A DNA stretch of 63,705 bases, counting the filler, from Lama guanicoe (lineage: Eukaryota), in NCBI GenBank assembly GCA_013239625.1. It is 153 parts of 153 records of this genome, joined end to end, with 100 filler letters (N's around TTAATTAATTAA, not from the genome) between each part and the next. Parts side by side here need not be neighbours in the genome. Positions count along the whole stretch, not along the records: positions 13,312 to 13,627 come from PNXV01055660.1; positions 13,728 to 14,044 come from PNXV01055661.1; positions 14,145 to 14,461 come from PNXV01055662.1; positions 14,562 to 14,878 come from PNXV01055663.1; positions 14,979 to 15,295 come from PNXV01055664.1; positions 15,396 to 15,712 come from PNXV01055665.1; positions 15,813 to 16,129 come from PNXV01055666.1; positions 16,230 to 16,546 come from PNXV01055667.1; 145 more parts are not named here. The stretch is one strand, 5' to 3'. This document shows positions 13,212 through 25,300 of the stretch, one piece after another (position 1 is the first letter of the stretch; each line of letters begins with the position of its first letter). The notes under the pieces are model-generated. The model searched no databases, was not told where the DNA came from, and was given only the letters and a program-made list of their open reading frames with translations. Position numbers and translations under genes: made by a program.

Positions 13212-13540
13212 NNNNNNNNNNNNNNNNNNNNNNNNNNNNNNNNNNNNNNNNNNNNTTAATTAATTAANNNNNNNNNNNNNNNNNNNNNNNNNNNNNNNNN
13301 NNNNNNNNNNNAAAAAAAAAAGATCAAATGCATGCCTTCTTGGTGACATCACTAAGAAAATTAGATTAGGTTCTGTGAACGTTACTTTACTCAGTAGCTA
13401 CTTCCTGAAAGCACCCTGATATCGTTTAAAGGAATAAGGTTTGGTCTCCTTTGAATTCAGTCTAGGGCACACATAAAATATGACTGAAGTTAGAATATTC
13501 ACATGCTTCCTCCTGAATTTGAATCTTGACCTGAAAAGAA

Positions 13541-13627
13541 TCACCTCACACCAGTCAGAATGGCCATGATTAAAAAGCCCACAAATGATAAATGCTGGAG
13601 AGGGTGTGGGGAAAAGGGAACCCTCCT
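13541..13627 (+). mobile_element. LINE-1 ORF2 C-terminal fragment
   Basis: cacctcacaccagtcagaatggccat...aaatgctggagagggtgtgg; homologous to 48468-48545. Confidence 0.8.
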
Positions 13628-14978
13628 NNNNNNNNNNNNNNNNNNNNNNNNNNNNNNNNNNNNNNNNNNNNTTAATTAATTAANNNNNNNNNNNNNNNNN
13701 NNNNNNNNNNNNNNNNNNNNNNNNNNNAAAAAATCATAAAATGAGATATTTATCACCTCTTTAGGTTGTTTATAATCTTATAGCATTTGAAACAACAGAC
13801 AAGATTAAAATGGAAAAGAATGTTGTGATTATATATATATATGGAGAGAGAAGATATATGAATATAGAGACATAAATTCATAAGTGGTGAATAGATAAAT
13901 AGGTGATTGATAAATACATAGATGAATGCTACACAGTTAGGTAGACAGACAGACAGACAGCTGGGTAACTGCAAGCTTAGCAGCTTTTCTTCTGCACACT
14001 CTCACCCCCCAATCAAATCTCCACCAGGACATGTTGATTGAATCNNNNNNNNNNNNNNNNNNNNNNNNNNNNNNNNNNNNNNNNNNNNTTAATTAATTAA
14101 NNNNNNNNNNNNNNNNNNNNNNNNNNNNNNNNNNNNNNNNNNNNGAAAAAGCTTTTCAACTTTTTTGTGCCCGCCTAGATATATGTCGTAAAACAAAAAT
14201 CCCTTACAACCCACAGGGACAAGATGTTGTAGAAAAAAGCCATCAAACCCTTAAAAATCAATTACATAAAATAAAAAAGGAAGAATTATATCCAGGAACC
14301 CCCAAAATTATCTAAACCATGCCCTCTTTATTTTAAATTTTTTACAACTGGACTCAGAAGGAGCATCTGCCGCACATAGGTTCTGGGCTAATGATAATAG
14401 TAATAAGCAGAAGCCTTTAGTACGGTGGAAGGATCCTATAACTGGAATATGGAAAGGACCCNNNNNNNNNNNNNNNNNNNNNNNNNNNNNNNNNNNNNNN
14501 NNNNNTTAATTAATTAANNNNNNNNNNNNNNNNNNNNNNNNNNNNNNNNNNNNNNNNNNNNTCACTTCAGAATTCTTCATTTCTTCTTCCTCTTGCCTCC
14601 ACTTCCTGTTTTCTTCCCTTCCCGTTTACAAGTAAAACTGACCAGAGCCCCAGAAATAAATGGGTTCTAGGGCTTCATTCCCGTTACTGTCCAGGCCCAG
14701 GCCCCTGGTTCCTTGACTGTCATTTGCAAACCAAGAAGACTGTAATGAAGAAGTTTCTATACTTTTGGAATTATTAAAGCATTCCTTGTGCACAGACTGT
14801 TAATTTATTCATTATTAATTCCACATGTCTTTGAGTACCTAATAGAATAGGAGTGTGCTATGGACGAGAAGAGAAAGCNNNNNNNNNNNNNNNNNNNNNN
14901 NNNNNNNNNNNNNNNNNNNNNNTTAATTAATTAANNNNNNNNNNNNNNNNNNNNNNNNNNNNNNNNNNNNNNNNNNNN

Positions 14979-15295
<317 letters not shown>

Positions 15296-17480
15296 NNNNN
15301 NNNNNNNNNNNNNNNNNNNNNNNNNNNNNNNNNNNNNNNTTAATTAATTAANNNNNNNNNNNNNNNNNNNNNNNNNNNNNNNNNNNNNNNNNNNNAAAAA
15401 AAAAGAATAAAAAACAACATGGTATCCATAAACATGGTAACATTGAACGAAGAAGACAGGAGGAGAGAATGAAGGTGCAGTAGACAGACTATTTCCCTGA
15501 AGATGCTTGGTCCTATGACTTTGAACGCTGAGCATGGTCACACACAGGCAGTAGAGGGAGTGAGAAAATTCTATGATAAGTGACGATGCGGCTCCCTGCC
15601 CTCGCTGTGTCCTTCTGCAGCTTTTATTCAGCAGCTCAGTTCTCGTTGACAGTCTTGCATCTCGAGGTACAGACCTCCTCCACACATCCTGGAACGTACA
15701 AGCTTAGGGCAANNNNNNNNNNNNNNNNNNNNNNNNNNNNNNNNNNNNNNNNNNNNTTAATTAATTAANNNNNNNNNNNNNNNNNNNNNNNNNNNNNNNN
15801 NNNNNNNNNNNNAAAATGATGATCTTAATGATTAATCATGATTACATAAATATTGCTTTGTATTTTATGCCAATTACTATTAAAGTTTGAATAGTTATCT
15901 AATACAATTGTTATAAATTTGCAGAATCAATATAGATCATTCAGTCAAAGATATCAGAGATACTGCTGTATAACACTTAATATTAATGTATTTGACTGGA
16001 AATAATTGATGGCCTCATTGGACACACCCCTATTTCTGGTAACATTTGACTCTCTGTTTTCTAATACTCTCCTAAGAATGGTTTGTAAGGAGTCTAGCTT
16101 CATTCTATCTCACAGTGAGCTGACAATCTNNNNNNNNNNNNNNNNNNNNNNNNNNNNNNNNNNNNNNNNNNNNTTAATTAATTAANNNNNNNNNNNNNNN
16201 NNNNNNNNNNNNNNNNNNNNNNNNNNNNNAAAGCACTTTTAGTAACAAAAAATTAATTTTTGCTAAGAGTGCTCTCAGTCAGTCACAGACAGGAACTCAA
16301 GAGATACTGTCGATTTGGCCAGCAAAGTAAAAAACCACACTGAAGTCTTGTACTATAGTCCTTTCTTTGAATAGGAAGGGAAACAGTTGAGCCAGTAACA
16401 GTTGTATGGGTGGGTTTTGAGAGATCTGTCCAGGAGTGAGGACAGACTGACTCAATGTCATGTACTTTCACTCAGCTTATCTGCTGTGTGACCTCTGCTC
16501 TTTGTAAGCTCAGTGGGTAGAGGAGAGCTATGGTTCAATTTCATGANNNNNNNNNNNNNNNNNNNNNNNNNNNNNNNNNNNNNNNNNNNNTTAATTAATT
16601 AANNNNNNNNNNNNNNNNNNNNNNNNNNNNNNNNNNNNNNNNNNNNCCCCAGCCAAGTCACAGCAATCAAAAAATGTCTCCAACATTGCCCTGGGTGGGC
16701 AAAACCACACCTGGTAAGAGCCACAGGACTAGATCAACATCCAGCTTTCCGCCAACAGGACTTTATGAAAGCATCGCTCATGACTCAAACAAGGGGTTTC
16801 TCATGTAAGATTTGCCCACATGAAGTACGGAATTATAGCTGCTTTGGAATTAGAAACCGGGGTGTGAAGGCACAGCTCTGTCATTTGCTAGCTTGATGAC
16901 CTCTCTGAGTTCCGGCTTCCTCATCCTTAAATCAGGAACAAATAACATCACCTCTTAGAGCTGNNNNNNNNNNNNNNNNNNNNNNNNNNNNNNNNNNNNN
17001 NNNNNNNTTAATTAATTAANNNNNNNNNNNNNNNNNNNNNNNNNNNNNNNNNNNNNNNNNNNNTGACCTATCTTACAGGAAGTGCTGTAGGGAGCTTTTA
17101 AACTTTAAACAAAATGGTGCAAAACATGACATAAGAATGCATAAAACTTGTTGGTAAAGATAAATATATAAACAAACACTGAATATTGTACTACTATAAC
17201 AGTATTGGGTAAATCACTTTTGATTCTAGTCTAAAAGACTAAAGTATTAAAAATAACTATAGTGTTTTTGTATGTGACTGAAGTTAAATTATTATCAGCT
17301 TAAAACAAACTCATATTTTATGAAAGTCCTGTGATAATAACAAAGAAAACACCTTATAGAGGTTACACAAAAGAAAAATANNNNNNNNNNNNNNNNNNNN
17401 NNNNNNNNNNNNNNNNNNNNNNNNTTAATTAATTAANNNNNNNNNNNNNNNNNNNNNNNNNNNNNNNNNNNNNNNNNNNN

Positions 17481-17668
17481 CCTCAGGGCCTCCACCTCCG
17501 CCTCCTCCACCACCTCTTCCTAATCAAGTACCCCCTCCTCCTCCACCACCTCCTGCTCCCCCTCTCCCTGCATCTGGATTTTTTTCGGGATCCATGACTG
17601 AAGACAATCGCCCTTTAACTGGACTCGCAGCTGCAATTGCTGGAGCAAAACTTAGGAAAGTGTCACGG
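17481..17668 (+). CDS. ENAH: ENAH/Mena exon 3' part: polyproline region and start of EVH2 (G-actin-binding motif)
   Basis: Frame from 17483: SGPPPPPPPPPLPNQVPPPPPPPPAPPLPASGFFSGSMTEDNRPLTGLAAAIAGAKLRKVSR, then donor GTAAAT at 17669; matches recalled ENAH sequence (…MSEDNRPLTGLAAAIAGAKLRKVSR). Confidence 0.93.
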
Positions 17669-18314
17669 GTAAATGCATTTCCAAGTCACTTGTATCTTTT
17701 TATGTATGTCATATCTGTCTCAGTATCTAAAATACTGAATTTATTGTGTTCTAATTTTATGAACCCTATGTTAATAACTTGACTGATTAAAAATTTGNNN
17801 NNNNNNNNNNNNNNNNNNNNNNNNNNNNNNNNNNNNNNNNNTTAATTAATTAANNNNNNNNNNNNNNNNNNNNNNNNNNNNNNNNNNNNNNNNNNNNGTC
17901 TCCCAGGGAATCCAAGTAAAGACAGAAGATAATTTCCTAATCAGCTCGCAGTTAATGCAAGGGCTTAAAGGAATGGAGATAGTGACCCAGGGCCAGCCCA
18001 CAGGGCCCAGAGATGAGATGTGGCAAAAACTGGAAGCCAAATATTTTGACTGTTGGCTTGTGGTCAAAGTCACATCCTTCACTTAGAAGGACTTTTCCCT
18101 TTGACATGTCACCTTTTGAAACCACCTTGACTTTGGGAGGAGTGGAAAGCCCCTGGCAGGCTTCTGCGTCCTTGGTGGGGCAGGGACACGGAGGGCACAC
18201 GGCAGAGAGAGAGANNNNNNNNNNNNNNNNNNNNNNNNNNNNNNNNNNNNNNNNNNNNTTAATTAATTAANNNNNNNNNNNNNNNNNNNNNNNNNNNNNN
18301 NNNNNNNNNNNNNN

Positions 18315-18630
18315 ATGTGGAGAGACGTTCGTTCATCTAGCACAAAGGGAACGGGTGGCAGAAGAAACATTTATTCTGGTTTGTCAGTCTCATCCCAAGT
18401 GTCAGTTTGAAGTTCCTGCGGTTTTTTTCTGTAAAACCGAGTTGGAGCTGGTACGTTCCCTTATATATGTATGTAGTGGAGTTTGCAACTGAAAATAAAC
18501 TTTGTGGTCCATTAAAGCTAGGTGAAAGACAGCTTACACACACAATTATCTCTCAGAATTGAGCATGTGGGGAGAAGTTCGTTCATTCAGTACAAAGGGA
18601 ACTGGTTGCAGGGGAAAAACATACGCTAGT
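18315..18630 (+). repeat. Same satellite family, ~250 bp monomer
   Basis: atgtggagagacgttcgttcatctagcacaaagggaac at 18315 recurs as atgtggggagaagttcgttcattcagtacaaagggaac at 18565. Confidence 0.88.
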
Positions 18631-18730
18631 NNNNNNNNNNNNNNNNNNNNNNNNNNNNNNNNNNNNNNNNNNNNTTAATTAATTAANNNNNNNNNNNNNN
18701 NNNNNNNNNNNNNNNNNNNNNNNNNNNNNN

Positions 18731-19047
18731 TAAGGTTATCAGCTGATTTTTCAGCAGAAACTCTGCATGCCAGAAGGGACTAGCATGATATACTTAAGGT
18801 AATGAAAGGGGAAAACCTACAATCAAGAATACTCTACCCAACAAGGCTTTTATTCAGATTTGATGGAGAAGTCAAAAGCTTTACAGATAAGTAAAAGCTA
18901 AAAGAATTCAGCACTACCAAACCAGCTTTACAACAAATGCTAAAGGAACTTCCCTAGCTGGAAAAGAAAAGGCCACAACTAGAAATAAGAAAATTACAAA
19001 ATGAAAAAGCTCACTGGTAAAGGCAAACATACAGTAAAGGTAGGAAA
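18731..19047 (+). mobile_element. LINE-1 ORF1 C-terminus and inter-ORF region, with stops
   Basis: Translates RLSADFSAETLHARRD*HDILKVMKGENLQSRILYPTRLLFRFDGEVKSFTDK*KLKEFSTTKPALQQMLKEL, the L1 ORF1p C-terminal domain. Confidence 0.9.
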
Positions 19048-19564
19048 NNNNNNNNNNNNNNNNNNNNNNNNNNNNNNNNNNNNNNNNNNNNTTAATTAAT
19101 TAANNNNNNNNNNNNNNNNNNNNNNNNNNNNNNNNNNNNNNNNNNNNTTGGACACTGGCTCCTTGGAAGAGCCTGGCACATAGTAGGTGCTGAATACAAA
19201 GCTCCTTGGGTCAAACCATTGAACAGGTTCTCAGTTATCCTAGGAATCAAACGCTCCTTGCATTCAGACCCTGAGTCCCCAGGTGACAGGCAACCTCTGC
19301 CTACTTTCAGCCACATGATCCCAAGTTACTCATCCCATATCAGCACCTAGAGCTGCCCAGGGTCTCAGCAGCTGCAAAACAGCACACGGTACGACAGAGT
19401 GTCTTTCCCTCTGCAGTCTTCTGCTCAAGGGTACCAAGTTGTCCCCAACCTTGGGCTATTAAGANNNNNNNNNNNNNNNNNNNNNNNNNNNNNNNNNNNN
19501 NNNNNNNNTTAATTAATTAANNNNNNNNNNNNNNNNNNNNNNNNNNNNNNNNNNNNNNNNNNNN

Positions 19565-19603
<39 letters not shown>

Positions 19604-19624
19604 TTAAAAAAAAAAAAAGAGGAG

Positions 19625-19879
19625 ATGTCGGGGGCAGGGAGGGGCCCTGCCCGTTTCTGTGGGGCTTCTTTCGTCATCAGTGTGCCCACCCCTCAGCTGC
19701 TGCAGGTGCACACACAGGAGTGCATTCACCCCTGCAACTCTCCCCGGAGGACGGCCCTGGACAATTGCAGCTGCCCTCCCGGAAGTGCCTTGGAATTATA
19801 TCTGCCTCCCCCCTCAAACTCCTGGAGTGGCCCGTAGCCAATGACTGACCGTGTCGGGGTACAGAGGCCCCATTCCCTT
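19625..19879 (+). mobile_element. LTR16-like (ERVL) LTR relic after a poly(A) tract
   Basis: ggagtggcccgtagccaatgactgac...ggggtacagaggccccattccctt resembles the LTR16 CCAAT/TATA region. Confidence 0.5.
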
Positions 19880-21355
19880 NNNNNNNNNNNNNNNNNNNNN
19901 NNNNNNNNNNNNNNNNNNNNNNNTTAATTAATTAANNNNNNNNNNNNNNNNNNNNNNNNNNNNNNNNNNNNNNNNNNNNTCGCTTCCTTTTGTCATTGAG
20001 GTGTGCGTGCAGCCACCTTACACACAGGGTATGAGTCCAAACACCTCTGTATGTTTTTCTTATGACCCTCTGCCTCTCGGAAGTGCCAAGATTGGCAGTC
20101 CCTTTATATAAAGAGCCCAATGGCAGCCCCCATTTACCGAACCTCACAATTGGGTTCTGACTCCTGACGGCTCAGAAAACCCCACCACGGCCGCAGGAGC
20201 CAGGTATGGGTCTCCCCATCTTCCAGGTGAAAAAAAAAACTGTCCTGTTGTTCACAATTGTATAGTTGAAACTCCTTATTCTTCTGTTATTTTTTCNNNN
20301 NNNNNNNNNNNNNNNNNNNNNNNNNNNNNNNNNNNNNNNNTTAATTAATTAANNNNNNNNNNNNNNNNNNNNNNNNNNNNNNNNNNNNNNNNNNNNCTAA
20401 ATTGATATTCTTTAGGGTCCTAGGGAAACAGCTGTATCATTGGAAACCCTCCTCTCTCCTTTTCCTACGACATTACAGCTTCCTGCCTGATAGTCCCAAA
20501 CTACTGGTTGCCTAGTATCATTGTTTCACCTTCCACCTGGCAGGGTTTCACCACTGCTTGCACAATAAAGCTCAACTTCAAAGTCATTCCCGTCACAAAC
20601 AGCACACGCCACCACCTCATCCTCCTTGGCTTCCTAACACTCTGCCCTCTTCTCCATGGTGTGGCTCCATTTATGACATGCAAACCCGCATCCGTGCAGT
20701 GTTTTGTCAAACANNNNNNNNNNNNNNNNNNNNNNNNNNNNNNNNNNNNNNNNNNNNTTAATTAATTAANNNNNNNNNNNNNNNNNNNNNNNNNNNNNNN
20801 NNNNNNNNNNNNNGTCATGCTTCCCGGCCCAGGGAGAGCCCATGTGCCAAGTAAGCCAGCAGGTTTCCTCCCGTTCCTGTAGGTCCCGGAGGATGGGGTC
20901 TTGAGGAGGGGAAGGGCCAGAACGGGGGGGCTCCTGGTTCCCCATCCTGAGACCCCCAGGAGGAGACAATGCCCGAGGGGGCGGTCAGCTCCAGAAGGTG
21001 GCCTGCTGGGGTGGCCTTCCAGCACCTTGGCCCGTCCCACCGGCTGCCTGCCCCAGCGGGCTCCCCGGCGCCCTCTTCCCAAGGGCCTCCCTCTGGCCAG
21101 CTCTGCCCCCGCCAGGGCTGCTCTGAGCCCNNNNNNNNNNNNNNNNNNNNNNNNNNNNNNNNNNNNNNNNNNNNTTAATTAATTAANNNNNNNNNNNNNN
21201 NNNNNNNNNNNNNNNNNNNNNNNNNNNNNNAGGCAGGCAGGCAGGCAGGCAGGCGTGGGCCTCGGGATCGGGCTGTGAAGATCCACGCCCTGCACGTCCC
21301 GCTCCTGCAGGCAGCGCCTTGGCCAGAGCTGACGGTTCCTCTCCTCTCCTTCCAG

Positions 21356-21547
21356 GTGTGTGAAGGACGAAACCTACCAGTCGTACCATCCGCCATCGCC
21401 CCACATGGTCCGCTTCAAATTCAGTTCCTTCCACTTCCTGAACCGCTTCCCCTCCGTGTACCTGCAGTGTAAGATGGTCGTGTGCAGGGCGAATGACTAC
21501 TCTTCCCGCTGCCACAGAGGCTGCGTGGTGAGGTCCAAGAGGGACGT
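21356..21547 (+). CDS. DMBT1: DMBT1 (gp340/SALSA) or paralog, terminal exon encoding the ZP-C end and furin-type site
   Basis: Acceptor ctcctctccttccag at 21355, then [63 protein letters not shown]; matches recalled DMBT1 C-terminus ([35 protein letters not shown]). Confidence 0.9.
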
Positions 21548-22898
21548 NNNNNNNNNNNNNNNNNNNNNNNNNNNNNNNNNNNNNNNNNNNNTTAATTAAT
21601 TAANNNNNNNNNNNNNNNNNNNNNNNNNNNNNNNNNNNNNNNNNNNNTTTGTATAAGTGAGTTTGCTAATCTCTCCTACACAAAGACAGTCTTCTTTCAG
21701 TGCTTTCTGTTGTATTCTTCATTTCACTTATTAAGTTCATCTGGTCCTCCAATAATGTTTGGTTATATTATAGTTTCAGTCTCTTAGGTAATATATTCCT
21801 TATCACCATTTATTTTATTCCTGAGCTCACTAAACTGTTTTCTGAGATTTGTTTTTTGTGTTGAGTGTCTGTATGTCATCTCTTTGGATTCTCTATTAGT
21901 TATACAGCAATATTCCATTACTTTAAGTTTGTTTGCTTCAGGGTTGACTTTGTGTGTGTGTGTGNNNNNNNNNNNNNNNNNNNNNNNNNNNNNNNNNNNN
22001 NNNNNNNNTTAATTAATTAANNNNNNNNNNNNNNNNNNNNNNNNNNNNNNNNNNNNNNNNNNNNACTCATAATTAAAAACTAAAGAAGCACAAAAATACA
22101 GAAGCACATTTCTATCAGACTTTTATGTTGGTCACCTTTCTGCAGGTGTTTGTTAGGGAATCAGACTCCTTTTTTCCCCCAGCCTAGCTGACTTTGTACA
22201 AGAGAATATTCTTTCTGTTTGAGTGACTGCATGATCTGTCTGTCTTCCTGTTGTCTTTACCTTAAGCTAGAAGATACAGTACAGTTCATATTGTAAAGCT
22301 GGTCTTACGTCAGAACATCAGCTCAGTTTAAGAGTTGCTCAGAGGCTTTGCCATAGATGTTTATTTTATTATAGAAAAGTTNNNNNNNNNNNNNNNNNNN
22401 NNNNNNNNNNNNNNNNNNNNNNNNNTTAATTAATTAANNNNNNNNNNNNNNNNNNNNNNNNNNNNNNNNNNNNNNNNNNNNGACCACTTTCAGCAACGCC
22501 CTCCTCAAAGATCAGACATCACAGAGGTGCATAGGCTGTGTGTGTCCTGGGAGCAGCTGGGACTGAGTCAGGACTCTGGGTCTTCCCACACAGATGAGTG
22601 TGACTTCATCCGAGGACCATTTCTACATTCACAACAAAATATAACTTGGAAAATTATCTGAAAAAATCACTAAAAAAAGAAAACGAACATAAATAAAACT
22701 TCCAGGAAGAAAAGACAAAGAGCTTCTTTACCTGTTTCAGGGACCTTGGAAATAACCAGAGGTACAAAGAAAGGAAATTTGCTTTTTCCTTGCAAACTNN
22801 NNNNNNNNNNNNNNNNNNNNNNNNNNNNNNNNNNNNNNNNNNTTAATTAATTAANNNNNNNNNNNNNNNNNNNNNNNNNNNNNNNNNNNNNNNNNNNN

Positions 22899-23215
22899 CA
22901 TGCAGTGACAGATCTAAATATTAATACTCAAATTTTCCATTTCACTACCTTCTAATGAGTGAGAAAATACGCAATTTCTTTTCAATACATAGCTCTTCCA
23001 GCAACATTTAAATTTTTATAGAAAACAGTTGTCTTCAATGATAAAGGTATATTTTCTTCTACATGAGTGAGTTTTAAAATGTAATGCTTCAAGTTAAGTC
23101 ATCTTCTGACACTAAAAGTGTTGCTTTAAAACTACAGAAGAGAAAATGACATACTTTGCTTGCTTCTTTAAAAAAACCTACATTAAATAAAAAATCAGTT
23201 GAAGAAACATTTTAT
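22899..23215 (+). repeat. Copy A of a near-identical contig pair (copy B at 47510-47827)
   Basis: Same start and end; about 10 substitutions plus 1 indel by manual comparison. Confidence 0.97.
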
Positions 23216-24983
23216 NNNNNNNNNNNNNNNNNNNNNNNNNNNNNNNNNNNNNNNNNNNNTTAATTAATTAANNNNNNNNNNNNNNNNNNNNNNNNNNNNN
23301 NNNNNNNNNNNNNNNAGACTCTAAATATTGAATATGATGGAGAGAAGTGAGTTGGCTGGCCACAGATTACACAGACTACAATCTCCCATCTGCTTCTTTA
23401 AATGACCACTAGATTTTTCTGAATGTTTACTATAAAATAAAGTTATTTATTTTTGATTTCTATCTTTTGTAAGTGGCTGTTACTCAAACAGTAAGCATAA
23501 AGAAAACTGTTTACTCTTTTGGGTCATTAAAAAAATCACTTTCTGTGCAATTTCATCTACATGGTTTCACAGATTTTTTGATATAAACAAGTTCAGTTGT
23601 TATTCCCCAAGTGAGCTGGGAAAATGAGCTTCNNNNNNNNNNNNNNNNNNNNNNNNNNNNNNNNNNNNNNNNNNNNTTAATTAATTAANNNNNNNNNNNN
23701 NNNNNNNNNNNNNNNNNNNNNNNNNNNNNNNNGCCAGGAAGGAAGGCCAGACTTCAAAGGAGAGGAACCCTGAGAAGCCCTTCCTTCCCACGGACCTCGA
23801 ACTGAGACACGTTCTCAAAGGGCATCAGTCATCTCCCCGCCTCGCACGGCCTCCCCTGGTTTGCAGTGGCAGATCCAGGCCTGCCAGGCACACAGTCTTT
23901 ACACAGTCTTTGCTGGTCTCGCCATCCGAGCTGCTGCTCACCCCCAGGTCTCCGAACACTTTCCACACGTGTCTGTTCAAACCCCTGCAGCGGGAGAGCC
24001 CGCAGGAACTGAGCCAGCCCCAAGGACAACCACCTTCCGCGCTGACAGANNNNNNNNNNNNNNNNNNNNNNNNNNNNNNNNNNNNNNNNNNNNTTAATTA
24101 ATTAANNNNNNNNNNNNNNNNNNNNNNNNNNNNNNNNNNNNNNNNNNNNAGTAACATAAAAAGGTGGGAAGTGAATGGAGCTATAGAGGAGTAAAGTTTC
24201 TATATTTTTGAAATTAAGTCAGTATAAATATGAGATAGATTCTTGTAAATTAAAATAAATATTGTAAGCCCTAGACTAACCACTAAGAAGACTCAAATAC
24301 AGTATAAAGTATTTGGGCTCAAATACTGAATAAAGTACAAACGAATTAAGTATCTACTTAATCTATGTATCCATCCATTACAAAAGAGGGCAATAAAGGA
24401 AGAATAGAGGAACAGGAGCACATTCTGACCCAACAGTTCGCCTGCTCTGGACAAGCCGCGCCCGATNNNNNNNNNNNNNNNNNNNNNNNNNNNNNNNNNN
24501 NNNNNNNNNNTTAATTAATTAANNNNNNNNNNNNNNNNNNNNNNNNNNNNNNNNNNNNNNNNNNNNTCTGGGAGTTGACATAATGTTTCAGAAAATCTAA
24601 TGCTTCTACACCTTGGAAAAGAAAAGGAGAAACAGCTCATTACGGAACTTTCAAAGGCATCTTATTTTTTTTATATTGCATTTCCACGTGGGTGAAAGAT
24701 GACATTGTTTATTATCCTTAAATACAGGCGTCTGTCCTATTTTCCCTCAATAAAACCCATACTGGAAGCGGAAGTTGGAATCAACTTTCAGACTCCACAA
24801 TTGTGTCCCGATCTCCTAGGATCTCTCAATCCAGTTTTTCATTCTGTTAGAAATGTGTCTTCTCACACAGATGTCTGTGTCACNNNNNNNNNNNNNNNNN
24901 NNNNNNNNNNNNNNNNNNNNNNNNNNNTTAATTAATTAANNNNNNNNNNNNNNNNNNNNNNNNNNNNNNNNNNNNNNNNNNNN

Positions 24984-25300
24984 AGGTTGCGTTTTTTGCT
25001 AAGATGCACCCAGTGCAGCGTTCATCCTGCTGCCCGTCTGCAGGCGCGCGGGGCTGTGGCGTCGCGCGCGTTTACAGGGCTGTGTGGGCGTCACCACTGT
25101 CCGTCCCAGGAGCCGTTTCATCGTCTCGTCCGTCTGCATTGTTGCCTCCTTACCTCCTTCGGTGGACGCACCACGTGATTCCTCCGTGGGCCTCTGTAAT
25201 GCTCTGCTGGAGTGTTCTTTATCGTAATTCTCTTGTGAGTGATGTTATCCTGAACCTCTTTGTATACAGAGCATTTTTGCGGTTTAGAATTCCTTTTCTG
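24984..25300 (-). mobile_element. Old LINE-1 (L1M) 3'-end relic with strong AT-to-GC shift
   Basis: gtttacagggctgtgtgggcgtcaccactgtccgtcccaggagccgtttcatc is colinear with recalled antisense L1M end attcacattgttgtgcaaccatcaccaccatccatctccagaactttttcatc. Confidence 0.55.

Noticed and set aside
18315..18630. CENP-B box in the satellite
   Set aside because: TTCG occurs but the remaining core (A..CGGG at the required spacing) is absent.
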